A stretch of DNA of 64,000 nucleotides, from assembly GCA_021821885.1 (NCBI GenBank), contig JAKARO010000002.1:79548-143547 (forward strand), read 5' to 3'. This DNA is from Pseudomonadota bacterium. GTDB taxonomy: Bacteria; Pseudomonadota; Gammaproteobacteria; Acidithiobacillales; Acidithiobacillaceae. Positions 1 through 8,534 of the stretch are shown here, in pieces (within the stretch, counting starts at the first letter, position 1; each line of letters begins with the position of its first letter). The notes beneath the pieces are model-generated. The model made no database searches, had not been told where the DNA came from, and saw only the letters and a list, made by a program, of their open reading frames with translations. A program made the translations under genes and the position numbers.

Positions 1-1043
1 AGATCCGGGCGGCTGACCATGTCTATGATCGCGGCCATGCGCGAAAGATTGACCGGACCGCTCAGGGTGTAGAGGCTTTCTTCCTGGAGACCGAAATGGC
101 GGAGCAGGTGGAGATGGACGTCCCGCGGACAGTTGCTGGCCACCTCCAGACGCACTGCCTCCCCGAAGGGGCGGGTGGTGAGTTCGTCAGCCAGTGCATC
201 CAGTAGGTTGTCGACCTCTTCCTCGTCTACGAACAGTTCGCTGTTGCGGGTCACCCGGAACTGGTAAAACCCGCGGATTTGGAGCCCAGGGAACAGCGCC
301 TCGATGTTTTCGTGGATGACTGAGGACAGAAACACAAAGTCAAAGGGGCCGGCGAGTTCCCGCGGCAGCTGGATGATACGCGGCAGAATCCGTGGGGCCT
401 GAACGATGGCGATGGGACTGTGGCGGCCGTAGGCGTCCCGGCCCTCAAGGACGATAGCGAAATTCAGGCCCTTGTTCTGGACCTTGGGGAACGGGTGGGC
501 TGGATCAAGACTCAGCGGGGTGAGCAGAGGAAACACTTCCTGGTGGAAATACTCGCTGATCCACTTTCTCTGGGCAGCCTGCCACTCCCGTCGGCGCAGG
601 AGGCGGATGCCTTCCTGGGCAAGGGCGGGGATCAGGCGCTCATTAAGACAGGCATACTGGGCGGCGATAATTTCATGCGCGGCAGAGGAGACAGCGGCCA
701 TTTCCTCGTCGGGGGAGAGTGCATCCGGTCCGAGGGGGCCTGCGCCATACTTGCGCCGCTGCATGAGGCCTGCGACCCGCACCTCGAAAAACTCGTCCAG
801 GTTGCTCGATACGATGGTCAGAAAACGCAGGCGCTCAAGCAGCGGCACATGGGGATCGTCGGACAGGGCGAGAACCCTGCGGTTGAACTCCAGAACGCTC
901 AGATCCCGGTTAAAATACCACCGGTAATCGGACAGGGAAGGGAGGATTCCCGGACGGCTGTCTGCGGGGCTATCGCTTCCGGAGGATTCTCCTTCTGGGC
1001 CCCCGGCTTCCGTGGCCGATCCGGTATCCCGACGTTCAGACAC
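1..1043 (-). CDS. ppk: polyphosphate kinase 1, N-terminal ~347 codons (C-terminus runs off the left window edge)
   Basis: Own minus-strand translation; absent from the ORF track because there is no stop in the window. ...[55 protein letters not shown]...[16 protein letters not shown]... is the conserved PPK1 N-terminal region. The first start after an in-frame TGA (1077-1079) is GTG 1043, overlapping the folD stop by 8 nt. Confidence 0.85.
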   Translation of the reverse strand, partial: MSERRDTGSATEAGGPEGESSGSDSPADSRPGILPSLSDYRWYFNRDLSVLEFNRRVLALSDDPHVPLLERLRFLTIVSSNLDEFFEVRVAGLMQRRKYGAGPLGPDALSPDEEMAAVSSAAHEIIAAQYACLNERLIPALAQEGIRLLRRREWQAAQRKWISEYFHQEVFPLLTPLSLDPAHPFPKVQNKGLNFAIVLEGRDAYGRHSPIAIVQAPRILPRIIQLPRELAGPFDFVFLSSVIHENIEALFPGLQIRGFYQFRVTRNSELFVDEEEVDNLLDALADELTTRPFGEAVRLEVASNCPRDVHLHLLRHFGLQEESLYTLSGPVNLSRMAAIIDMVSRPD

Positions 1044-1905
1044 GGCGTCTGCGTTCCTCTCGCCGAATTGCAGCAGTCAGGGTATTCTGTAGCAGCGTGG
1101 CGACGGTCATGGGCCCTACGCCGCCCGGAACCGGAGTAATCCATCCGGCCCGTTCCGCCGCGGGGGCGAATTCCACATCGCCGGCCAGACGGCCATCCGG
1201 CAGTCGGCTGATCCCCACGTCGATGACGGCCGCTCCCGGCGCGATCCATTCGCCTCGGACCAGGCCGGGTTTTCCGGCAGCAGCGACCAGAATCCCGGCA
1301 CGGCGCACATGGGATTCAAGATCCTGGGTAAACCGGTGGCAGACCGTGACGGTGGCACCGGCGAGGAGCAGCTCAAGCGCCATGGGCCGGCCCACGATAT
1401 TTGAGGCTCCCACCACCACCGCCTCGCGGCCCCGGACCGGGATGCCGCAGGTTTCCAGAAGGGTCATGACGCCCGCAGGGGTGCAGGGGCGCAGGACGGG
1501 CTCCCGGAGGGCCAGCCGGCCGACGTTGCATGGATGGAAGCCGTCGACATCCTTATCCGCATCCACAGCTTCCAGAATGATAGAGGGATCCAGGTGTGGT
1601 GGCAGGGGAAGCTGGACCAGTATGCCATCGACGTCATCGTCGGCGTTCAGCAGTGCAATCTGGTCCAGCAGGCGGATGGCCGGACATTCTGCAGGCAGAC
1701 GGATGACCGTGGAGCGGATTCCTGCTGCCGCGCAGGCATCGCCTTTTTTCTGGACGTAGAGAGCAGAGGCAGCATTGTCGCCTACGAGAACGACCGCAAG
1801 TCCGGGTTCCCGGCCATGGCGGGTGGTAAAGACGGCGGTTTGCTGGGCCAGGTCCGCGCGCAGCTGTCTGGCAATTGCATTGCCATCAATGATCTGCGCC
1901 GTCAT
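1036..1905 (-). CDS. folD: bifunctional methylenetetrahydrofolate dehydrogenase/cyclohydrolase
   Basis: ORF 1036..2031 trimmed to ATG 1905 ([16 protein letters not shown]...), where FolD similarity begins. Full-length match including ...DVDGFHP.N.G... and ...[15 protein letters not shown].... Confidence 0.95.
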   Translation of the reverse strand: MTAQIIDGNAIARQLRADLAQQTAVFTTRHGREPGLAVVLVGDNAASALYVQKKGDACAAAGIRSTVIRLPAECPAIRLLDQIALLNADDDVDGILVQLPLPPHLDPSIILEAVDADKDVDGFHPCNVGRLALREPVLRPCTPAGVMTLLETCGIPVRGREAVVVGASNIVGRPMALELLLAGATVTVCHRFTQDLESHVRRAGILVAAAGKPGLVRGEWIAPGAAVIDVGISRLPDGRLAGDVEFAPAAERAGWITPVPGGVGPMTVATLLQNTLTAAIRREERRRRV

Positions 1906-2001
1906 GGCCGTTGCCTCTCGGTAATCGGGAGTATCGGCTTGCGCCAGAGGGGTATGGGCATACCTGCAGATCCATCCGCCTGGAAAAATGGAATGTGGCA
2001 G

Positions 2002-2031
2002 ATTGTTCGTTCTGGGGCTGTCCCTTGTCAA
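2002..2031 (-). promoter_or_regulatory. putative sigma70 promoter of folD (TTGACA-18 nt-AACAAT)
   Basis: Minus strand reads TTGACA (2031-2026), an 18-nt spacer, then AACAAT (2007-2002), about 95 nt upstream of the folD ATG. Motif match only. Confidence 0.35.
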
Positions 2032-2491
2032 GGCGAACCGTGCATGTGGGACTGCCAGGAGCCGGAATCTGTCCGGCAGGACCCGTCCGTCAGGATATTC
2101 CGTGACAGGGTGTCCTGCATGGTTCCACGTTCCTGACTGCGTAACAGGGCTGCGTGGACTGGTTCAGGGCGCTTTCTGGACCGGAAAACCGGATTTGGGG
2201 ATTGGCCACCCCTGTCTGGCGTTTTGTTGTCCATTTTTGCCGGCGCGCCGCCACAGCGACGGTAGTGGCATGTTCAGCGTGGCTCTCCTGGTAATGCTGG
2301 TGGCACCACCATACTGTATGCCCTTTGACAGAAACGCCGGCTGGTAGTTTGGCAAAGATTTCTGTGCGGGAGAGAGAAGAGCAGGAGAAAGTGTCTGGGC
2401 TGTAGGTCAGGATGGTTCCGGGGGAGGAGAGTGTCGGGCCCGAATCGCCATTGGGGAAGATCTTCGGTGCTCCTTGTGGATCTTGCTGCGC

Positions 2492-2863
2492 CTAGAGGAA
2501 CCGGAGAAGCAGAAACATCACAAAGACAAAATAGATCAGTATGGCCTTCCCGCTGATCTTGGCGGTTATGGCAGCGACAAGACCCCAGGTCTGGCCATGT
2601 TTTGTGGCATCGGCTGCGGCGGTTACAGGGGGCAGGATCTCTTTCATGAGGAGATGCAGGGAATGGACCTGTGTCCGTGATTTGTCGGCGAGTTGTGCGG
2701 CCACTGTCAGGAGATCGTGCACCTGCGTCATCTGCTCATTTAGGGACTGGACCACCGCATGCAGTGTGCCGGGCAGATCTCCGGGGGCGGGGGGGAGCGC
2801 CAGAGGGAACGGGGCCGGTTCTGCTGGGATAGCTTCCGGGCCGGACATTTCTGCGCCATCCAT
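2492..2863 (-). CDS. small C-tail-anchored membrane protein, unknown family (paralog of 2902..3264)
   Basis: ORF 2492..2890. Preferred start is ATG 2863 (AAGGAA just upstream); ATG 2890 is also possible. Pro/Ala-rich N-terminus, helical middle, one C-terminal hydrophobic segment (AILIYFVFVMFLLLRFL). Shares the motif TW[SG][IL]VA[TA]I before the anchor with the neighbouring gene. Confidence 0.6.
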   Translation of the reverse strand: MDGAEMSGPEAIPAEPAPFPLALPPAPGDLPGTLHAVVQSLNEQMTQVHDLLTVAAQLADKSRTQVHSLHLLMKEILPPVTAAADATKHGQTWGLVAAITAKISGKAILIYFVFVMFLLLRFL

Positions 2864-2901
2864 GGCTGTTTCCTTTGTTGTGGGTCCCATCTGCCCTGAT
2901 G

Positions 2902-3264
2902 CTATTTCTGGATGTGGATCAGGAGTACCAGGAGCGTCACACCCAGGCCAGTACAGATGGTGCTGGCGATTGTGGCAACAATGCTCCAGGTGCGGGCCGA
3001 TTTTGCCCGTTCCTGGGCCGCATCTGCGAGTTCGCGTACTTCCTTGGCGGCCTTGACGGTTGCAGCCACCTGCGGCTGGATCTGCTCAATTGTAGCCGTC
3101 AGGGAGAGGATGGTCTGGGTCGATTCCTCAAGCAGGCGTTCCACCTCTTCTGTCAGTCTTGCCACCGACCGGGTCAAATCCTCCGGCTGTTTCCGGGCGG
3201 ATTCTGCCGGGGTGACGGGCAGCACATTGCCCTGCAGGGAAGGAACAGATTCCAGACTGCTCAT
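2902..3264 (-). CDS. small C-tail-anchored coiled-coil protein, unknown family
   Basis: ORF 2902..3567 trimmed to ATG 3264, which has a purine-rich SD (AGGAGAAAAGG) upstream. Contains a ~60-aa helix-prone charged region (LTEEVERLLEESTQTILSLTATIEQIQPQVAATVKAAKEVRELADAAQERAKSA) followed by a C-terminal TM (WSIVATIASTICTGLGVTLLVLLIHIQK). Confidence 0.65.
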   Translation of the reverse strand: MSSLESVPSLQGNVLPVTPAESARKQPEDLTRSVARLTEEVERLLEESTQTILSLTATIEQIQPQVAATVKAAKEVRELADAAQERAKSARTWSIVATIASTICTGLGVTLLVLLIHIQK

Positions 3265-3327
3265 GATCGGCCTTTTCTCCTGTACATGTCCCTTTGGGCA
3301 GGATTTGAAAATTTCCTGTAAGGGATG

Positions 3328-3356
3328 GTTTAACCCTCCCCGCTGGCTATTGTCAA
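3328..3356 (-). promoter_or_regulatory. putative promoter for the small-protein pair (TTGACA-17 nt-TTAAAC)
   Basis: Minus strand has a perfect -35 TTGACA (3356-3351), a 17-nt spacer and a weak -10 TTAAAC (3333-3328). About 60 nt upstream of ATG 3264. Confidence 0.3.
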
Positions 3357-3608
3357 CCAGTGTTTCGCTGCCGCTCCGGAGAGGATTCTGCTCTCCGTGC
3401 TGATCCCTAAGGGGCAGATGAACCTGCCTGTATCCAAAGCCCGGGATTTCCGGTGCCGGCCGCAAAGGCCTTTCCGGTTCCTGCGGTGCCGCAGCCATGG
3501 AAAAAAGTGGCATTTCCACAGGGAAAACATCTGCCTCCTGCTGGTGCACGTCTCGCAAAACCCGCAAAGATTCCGGACAAAATATCAGAAAATCAGAAGA
3601 TTAAGATT

Positions 3609-3637
3609 TTAAACAGGCTCTAAGGTTAGGGTATGAT
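3609..3637 (+). promoter_or_regulatory. putative promoter of the beta-propeller gene (TTAAAC-17 nt-TATGAT) in an AT-rich patch
   Basis: TATGAT at 3632-3637 with TTAAAC at 3609-3614, inside the locally AT-rich stretch 3570-3640. Consistent with translation starting at 3672. Confidence 0.3.
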
Positions 3638-3671
3638 CGCTGCTTGGAAATCCGCAGACGAGGGCTCCGGC

Positions 3672-4853
3672 ATGCGTTACGGGATTGAATCTGCTCTGCT
3701 GTTTTTTGTGCCGGCCATGGCCCTTGCCGCCCCCCCTTCCGCGCCGGTGCTCTGGAGTGTATCGCTTCCCGGGCCGGTATACAGCATCCCCCAGGTGTTG
3801 GATGGCACGGTTTATCTGGATACAGCCCAGGCAGTCGGACCCAATGTTTTTGCGGTAAAAAATGGCCGGATCCTGTGGCGGTTTGCTGCGGGCGGAGCCA
3901 TACCGAGGGCTGTGACCGTGGGAGGGGAGCAGATCTTTGTGGCTTCGGACGTGGGCCGTACCCATTTTATGCGGGCCATTGATACCAGGACTGGGGCACT
4001 GGTCTGGGACTATGCGCGGCGGGAACCACCCCAGTGCATGTGCAGTCATATCAGCCACTATGCAGGGAATCTGCTCTTTGCACAGACGGATGGTCACAGC
4101 CTCTATGCGTTTCACCCGGTTGGCAGCATGCCGGACCACCGCATCTGGCGTTTTGCGGGAGATGGGGCACGCCTGGCGGCGCCGGTGGTGGACGGAGATA
4201 CGGTGGTATTCGGTTCAGCAGACCACGAAGTGTATGGTCTGGCGGCCGCTACCGGAAAAATCCTGTGGAAACGGAAGACAGGATATGCTTTTGTCGCCGG
4301 GCCTGCGGTATGGAAAGGGGAGGTGATTCTAGGAAACTGCGGGGGGACGGTGCATGCCTACACGGCGGCCACAGGAAAACCTCTGTGGAGCTTTTCTACT
4401 GCAGGCCCCATTGATGCGCCCGCAGTGGTCTGGCACAACCGGGTGTTTGTCGCCTCAGGGCCGGGTGACCGGGGAATTTATGCCCTGGCGGCGGCGACAG
4501 GGCGTCTGCTGTGGCGCGCACGGATGGGAGATTATACCCGGTGGGCGCCGGTACTGGTTGGTACGACCCTGGTGGTGGCCTCCAGGGACGGTTCCCTGAT
4601 GGGATTTTCAGTGAAAACGGGCCGGGTCCGGTGGCATACCCGGCTCCGGGGGGAGCCCCTGTCCCAGCCGCTGCTCTGGCACGGAAAAATCGTTCTTAAA
4701 ATCAATGACCACAGGATTGGAGTTTTTGATGCCACTGGCGGCCGTCCGGAGTGGATGTATGCCACAAGGGCTGTTGTGACCCCTCCTGTGGTGGGAAAGC
4801 ACCATCTTTACGCCGGTACAAGTGCCGGAAAACTGGTGTCTTTCGGGTCCTGA
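3672..4853 (+). CDS. secreted PQQ-like (BamB/YfgL-type) beta-propeller repeat protein
   Basis: ORF 3633..4853. Start ATG 3672 is preferred (GAGGG SD; gives the signal peptide MRYGIESALLFFVPAMALAAP). Repeated blade motifs: DTRTGALVWDY, AAATGKILWKR, TAATGKPLWSF, AAATGRLLWRA, VKTGRVRWHT, DATGGRPEWMY. Confidence 0.85.
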   Translation: MRYGIESALLFFVPAMALAAPPSAPVLWSVSLPGPVYSIPQVLDGTVYLDTAQAVGPNVFAVKNGRILWRFAAGGAIPRAVTVGGEQIFVASDVGRTHFMRAIDTRTGALVWDYARREPPQCMCSHISHYAGNLLFAQTDGHSLYAFHPVGSMPDHRIWRFAGDGARLAAPVVDGDTVVFGSADHEVYGLAAATGKILWKRKTGYAFVAGPAVWKGEVILGNCGGTVHAYTAATGKPLWSFSTAGPIDAPAVVWHNRVFVASGPGDRGIYALAAATGRLLWRARMGDYTRWAPVLVGTTLVVASRDGSLMGFSVKTGRVRWHTRLRGEPLSQPLLWHGKIVLKINDHRIGVFDATGGRPEWMYATRAVVTPPVVGKHHLYAGTSAGKLVSFGS

Positions 4854-5244
4854 GGAAAAACAGTTTCCAATATGGCCCCAAAGCGGTCGCCTGGTATCTG
4901 GGTACAGGCTCCATCGGCTACGGTACCTCTGGTTTGGCATGAGCTGAAGACAGTCCGGAACCGGCAGGGCGCAGTCATGGTGCCCGGGCCCGCCGCCCAC
5001 ATGCGGACCAAACGGATTTTGAGGCCTGCCATTCGGTCCGGCTGGTATCCTGCTCTCCAGGCCATGGGGATCAAGGCAAACAGTCCCTGCTCGCCGGGGT
5101 GGCATTTCCCTAGGAAAACGGATCCTTGGACAGTCTGGAAGGATGCAGTTGTATCGGTTAATGTTAAACAAGAAAATTTATTAAAGACAGAAAGATAACA
5201 GATTTTCGTGAACCATTTTCCAGTATGGCGGAGATCTGGCAGGT

Positions 5245-5273
5245 TTGACGTCTTCGGGTGCCGGCAGGATAAT
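5245..5273 (+). promoter_or_regulatory. near-consensus sigma70 promoter (TTGACG-17 nt-GATAAT) for the diguanylate cyclase gene
   Basis: TTGACG at 5245-5250, a 17-nt spacer, GATAAT at 5268-5273. Preceded by an AT-rich block (5155-5215). About 105 nt upstream of ATG 5380. Confidence 0.5.
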
Positions 5274-5311
5274 TAGCAAAAAGCGTGTTCTGCATCCTGC
5301 AGACCGGTCGA

Positions 5312-5319
5312 GGGGGGGG
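5312..5319 (+). repeat. G8 homopolymer in the predicted 5' leader of the diguanylate cyclase gene
   Basis: Direct count: a-gggggggg-a at 5311-5320. Confidence 0.95.
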
Positions 5320-5379
5320 AATGCATCCCTGTTTTGTGATTCCGGATTCTGACCGTTCACATCCTCCAGCAGGTCCAGG

Positions 5380-7792
5380 ATGCTGTCCGATGAATCCCTG
5401 AGTGATTCGCGCCCGGTCAGCCAGGAACTGGAAAAACAATGGCTGGGTTTCTCCTCCCTTTTCTGGAAGCAGCTGCTTCTGGCTTTTCCGGCCCTTATCT
5501 TCGCCGGCTGGATGTCCTGGGTAGAGATTATGCAGTGGGCGGCCATCCGGGAAGATGTCGCCCGCCTCGCTCCTGAAGTGGGGAAAAATTATGCGGAAAC
5601 CCTCTCCAGCCGTCTGGGCGCCGCGTTTGGGGACCTGAAGTTTGCCGCGGAAGAGCTGCTGGGCCGCCATGCGGACCTGATTCACCCGGATGCAGCTTCG
5701 GTCCAGGCTCTTAAACGGTTCATGGCCCTCCACCCCGGATTTTATGCCTTTAACATCCAGTCTGCGGATGGCCAGTCCATTCTCTGGTCGACCCGCGCCC
5801 AGAAAATGGTGCCCATTACTCCAGAAGTACGGTTTACGGCAGTCGACGGACACCGCGACCGTTTTCTGGGCCAGAATGTCTTCTCCCGCAGGGCGGATGC
5901 CCGGGTGCTGACAATGCGCTACCGGGTGCGGGATGCTGCAGGCCATACAATCGGGTTTGTTGGGTCTCCCTACCGTCTGGATGCCCTGATGCGAACCCGG
6001 ATTTCCTATCTGCTCCCCTGGACATTTATTGTGCGGGATACTCGCGATGGCAGCATAGTGGGGAGCCTCGCGAACGGAAAGCCTACCTTTGGATCCCGGG
6101 TAGCCGCTGGCCTTACAAGAGGAGTTTCTTTTCCGGTTGCCGGGTATCCCCTGTCTGTCGAGACTGTTTGGCCACAGAATCTGGTCTGGAAACTGTATGT
6201 CGAGCGGGCCTGGCTGCGCTGGACGGTCGAGGGTATCTCGGCAGTATTCGTGGTCCTGTCCAGTCTGCTTTTTTCCTTCCGGATGCGCAAACAGGAGCGC
6301 CTTGCATTTCTTAATGCCCGGCTGGCTGATTTCACGATGCTGCTTTCCCGTGCGAACGAAACCATTGCACGTACGGCATCCGAACAGGAGCTGCTCCAAA
6401 CGGTCTGTGATCTGGCGATCCAGTTTGGGCACGTTTCTATCGCCTGGGTGGGCCGCCCCGATGCCTCTGGCTGGTTCGGAATCGGGGCCGCTGCTGGCAA
6501 GACGACATACCTGGAACATCTCAGGGTGTCTTCCCTGCCCGCATTTCCGGAGGGGAGGGGGCCTACCGGCCAGGTCTGGCGGACGCGGGAACCGCTCTAT
6601 GTCTCTTCCTGGGCGCAGAGCGGCTTCATGCTGCCCTGGAAGAATTTTGGAGAGCGTCCGGCCGTCGACGCCGCAGCGGCCCTTCCCATTTTTCGGGGGG
6701 GGGCAGATCTGGGCTGTCCTGACCGTCTACGACCGGGAAAACGCTTTTTCCGATCCGGCACTGCAGCATGTCCTCGAAAGTCTCTCCCAGGATGTTGGTT
6801 ATGGACTGGACCGGCTGGATTCCGGTGCGCGGGAGCGCGAGGCCAGTGCCCTGAATGAGCTTCTGCTGGAAAACACGTCGGCGGGAACGAGCGTCATCCG
6901 CTACCCGGAAGTAGTTATAGAGCGGATTAATGCGCGGGTGCTGGAGATGTTCAGTGCATCGTCCATTGCCCAGGTAGTCGGGAGGCGTGCTTCCGAATTT
7001 TATGCCGATGCCGGAACCTTCCAGAAAATGGAGGATCTGTCCCAGAAGGTGCTGCAGGCTGGCTGGGGCATGCTGCGCGATGTTCCCTACCGCCGTCTTG
7101 ATGGACAGGCCATTTATGTCGACGTATCGGGAAAGACGCTACAGGGAAGTGGTCCGGCTCAGCGGATTGTGTGGACCTATGTCGATGTAACCGAGCGGTA
7201 CCGGAAGACGGAAGAGCTGCAGCAGCAGGCGTTCAGGGATCCCCTTACCGGTCTTCCCAACCGTCGGGCCCTGGAGGATGTCTTGGAAAAAGCCATGAAA
7301 CGTGCGCGACGGCATGGGCGCCTCCTCGCAGTGGTGATGATGGACCTGGACGGATTCAAGCCGGTCAATGACCTTTTTGGCCATGGTGCGGGAGACCATG
7401 TCCTCCAGGCCATTGGTGCCCGGCTGATGTCCGGCCTCCGGAGTACGGATTTTGTAGCCCGTCTCGGCGGGGATGAGTTTGTCCTGGTGGTGGAAGACTG
7501 CTTTACGGTCGGGGAAGTGGAGGAGGTCCTGGCCAAGGCAGGGGAAATGGTCCGCGAGCCGATCTTTCTGGATGCGGGCGTGCAGGTGTCCGTTCAAGTG
7601 AGCGCCGGCGTGTGCCTGTATCCCCTCAACTGGCAGGAGAACCCCGACGCCCTGCTGCACCTGGCCGACCAGGCCCTCTATTCCAGCAAGGAGCATAGGG
7701 TGGACCGCCCCGTTTTCTGGGTGTTTTACGAAGAATCGGCTATGGAACAGAAAAGGCACCTTCTCCCGGTTTCCGGAGGACAGCATCCGTGA
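5380..7792 (+). pseudogene. sensor diguanylate cyclase (TM, periplasmic sensor, TM, GAF, PAS, GGDEF) with its frame broken at a G9 run
   Basis: ORF 5380..6858 ends its meaningful part at ...AAALPIFRGG. ORF 6137..7792 continues QIWAVLTVYDRENAF..., then PAS, then GGDEF (RSTD I-site, LGGDEF). The frames switch at 6695-6703, and G8 instead of G9 would give one continuous ORF. Confidence 0.85.
6695..6703 (+). repeat. G9 homopolymer at the frameshift point
   Basis: Direct count: tttc-ggggggggg-cagatc. It is the longest G run I found in the window. Confidence 0.95.
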
Positions 7793-7815
7793 AGGGATGC
7801 CCGCCCACTGTCCGC

Positions 7816-7845
7816 TTGACAAGTCTGAATACGCCCGGATAGAGT
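7816..7845 (+). promoter_or_regulatory. strong sigma70-like promoter motif (TTGACA-18 nt-TAGAGT) ~250 nt upstream of trxA
   Basis: TTGACA at 7816-7821 and TAGAGT at 7840-7845. There is no ORF between it and trxA. Confidence 0.4.
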
Positions 7846-8011
7846 TACCGCCAGCCAGCGCTAGGCCGGTGTGAGAATACAAAGAGTAAAAGGGTTGAGA
7901 CCGTACCAGAACCACACTTCCCCTTGTCCGTCTTCTTTCCGTGAGGTTTCACCGGTCTGAAAGAGCTTTCCTTGAATTTGCCCCTGTTGCGTTGTAGCCT
8001 TTTGGAAAAAT

Positions 8012-8025
8012 TTGCAACCGTGCAA
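8012..8025. promoter_or_regulatory. perfect palindrome TTGCA-N4-TGCAA (CRP/FNR/FixK-type geometry) upstream of trxA
   Basis: TTGCAACCGTGCAA at 8012-8025; arms extend to 8 of 9 matches. Centre lies about 79 nt upstream of the trxA ATG. Confidence 0.3.
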
Positions 8026-8097
8026 AATTCCGGCGCGACATCAGGCCCCATCCCGCATTTTCCTTGTCTGAATCAGGACGTATAGGAGTTTTCTCCG

Positions 8098-8424
8098 ATG
8101 AGCGATGCCATCATTCATGTATCCGATGACAGTTTTGAAGGTGATGTACTGCATTCTGAAAAACCGGTTCTGGTGGATTTCTGGGCAGAGTGGTGTGGCC
8201 CCTGCAAGATGATCGCGCCGGTTCTGGAAGAAGTGGCCAGGGAATACGCCGGCCGCCTGACCGTTGCAAAGTTCAATATTGACGAAAATCCAGCTACCCC
8301 ACCGAAATACGGCATCCGCGGCATTCCGACCCTGCTGCTGTTCCGGAATGGCAAGCTGGAGGCGAGCAAGGTGGGTGCCCTGAGCAAGGCGCAGCTGATC
8401 TCTTTTCTGGACAGCCAGCTTTGA
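8098..8424 (+). CDS. trxA: thioredoxin 1
   Basis: 108 aa with a WCGPCK active site. Full-length TrxA similarity; AGGAG SD upstream. Confidence 0.97.
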   Translation: MSDAIIHVSDDSFEGDVLHSEKPVLVDFWAEWCGPCKMIAPVLEEVAREYAGRLTVAKFNIDENPATPPKYGIRGIPTLLLFRNGKLEASKVGALSKAQLISFLDSQL

Positions 8425-8534
8425 ATACTCCACGTCCCCGCCGCAAGGCCCCCAGGCCCCCAAAATCCTTTCCCAACGAAGATATCCTGATCGAAGAAGA
8501 AGAGGCATTCTGTCCTCCTCCTGGCGCCAATGCC

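Noticed and set aside
420-1139. 239-aa and 151-aa + strand ORFs at the left edge
   Set aside because: They are antisense to the clearly recognisable ppk reading frame, which the track misses because its stop is off-window.
1976-1983. CCGCCTGG, reminiscent of the conserved 3' core of the ZTP (pfl) riboswitch that often precedes folD
   Set aside because: It is on the + strand whereas folD is on the - strand. The remaining conserved elements of the motif are not evident on either strand, and no downstream + strand gene exists.
3265-3567. 101-codon upstream extension of the tail-anchored protein ORF (start at 3567)
   Set aside because: The composition is not protein-like and nothing resembles the paralog. 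The internal ATG 3264 has the SD and gives the same size as the neighbouring paralog. A putative promoter (3328-3356) would lie inside the extension.
4872-5198. 108-aa + ORF, and 187-aa/88-aa - ORFs, in the gap after the propeller gene
   Set aside because: No SD and no recognisable similarity. The composition is biased (R/P/G/W-rich), and the frames overlap one another. The region is kept as unassigned in the findings instead.
8421-8534. N-terminal extensions suggested by the ORF track. Affected genes: rho 8421, rpmE 9811, iscA 21780, pstB 28422, phoU 29224, dedA 31098, bamA 39284, fabZ 43261, gnnA 44528, rnhB 47599, tilS 52541, bcp 57450, yciB 16467 and folD 2031.
   Set aside because: The extensions overlap upstream genes or have non-protein-like composition. 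Homology to the families begins at internal starts that carry good SD sequences or coupling overlaps.
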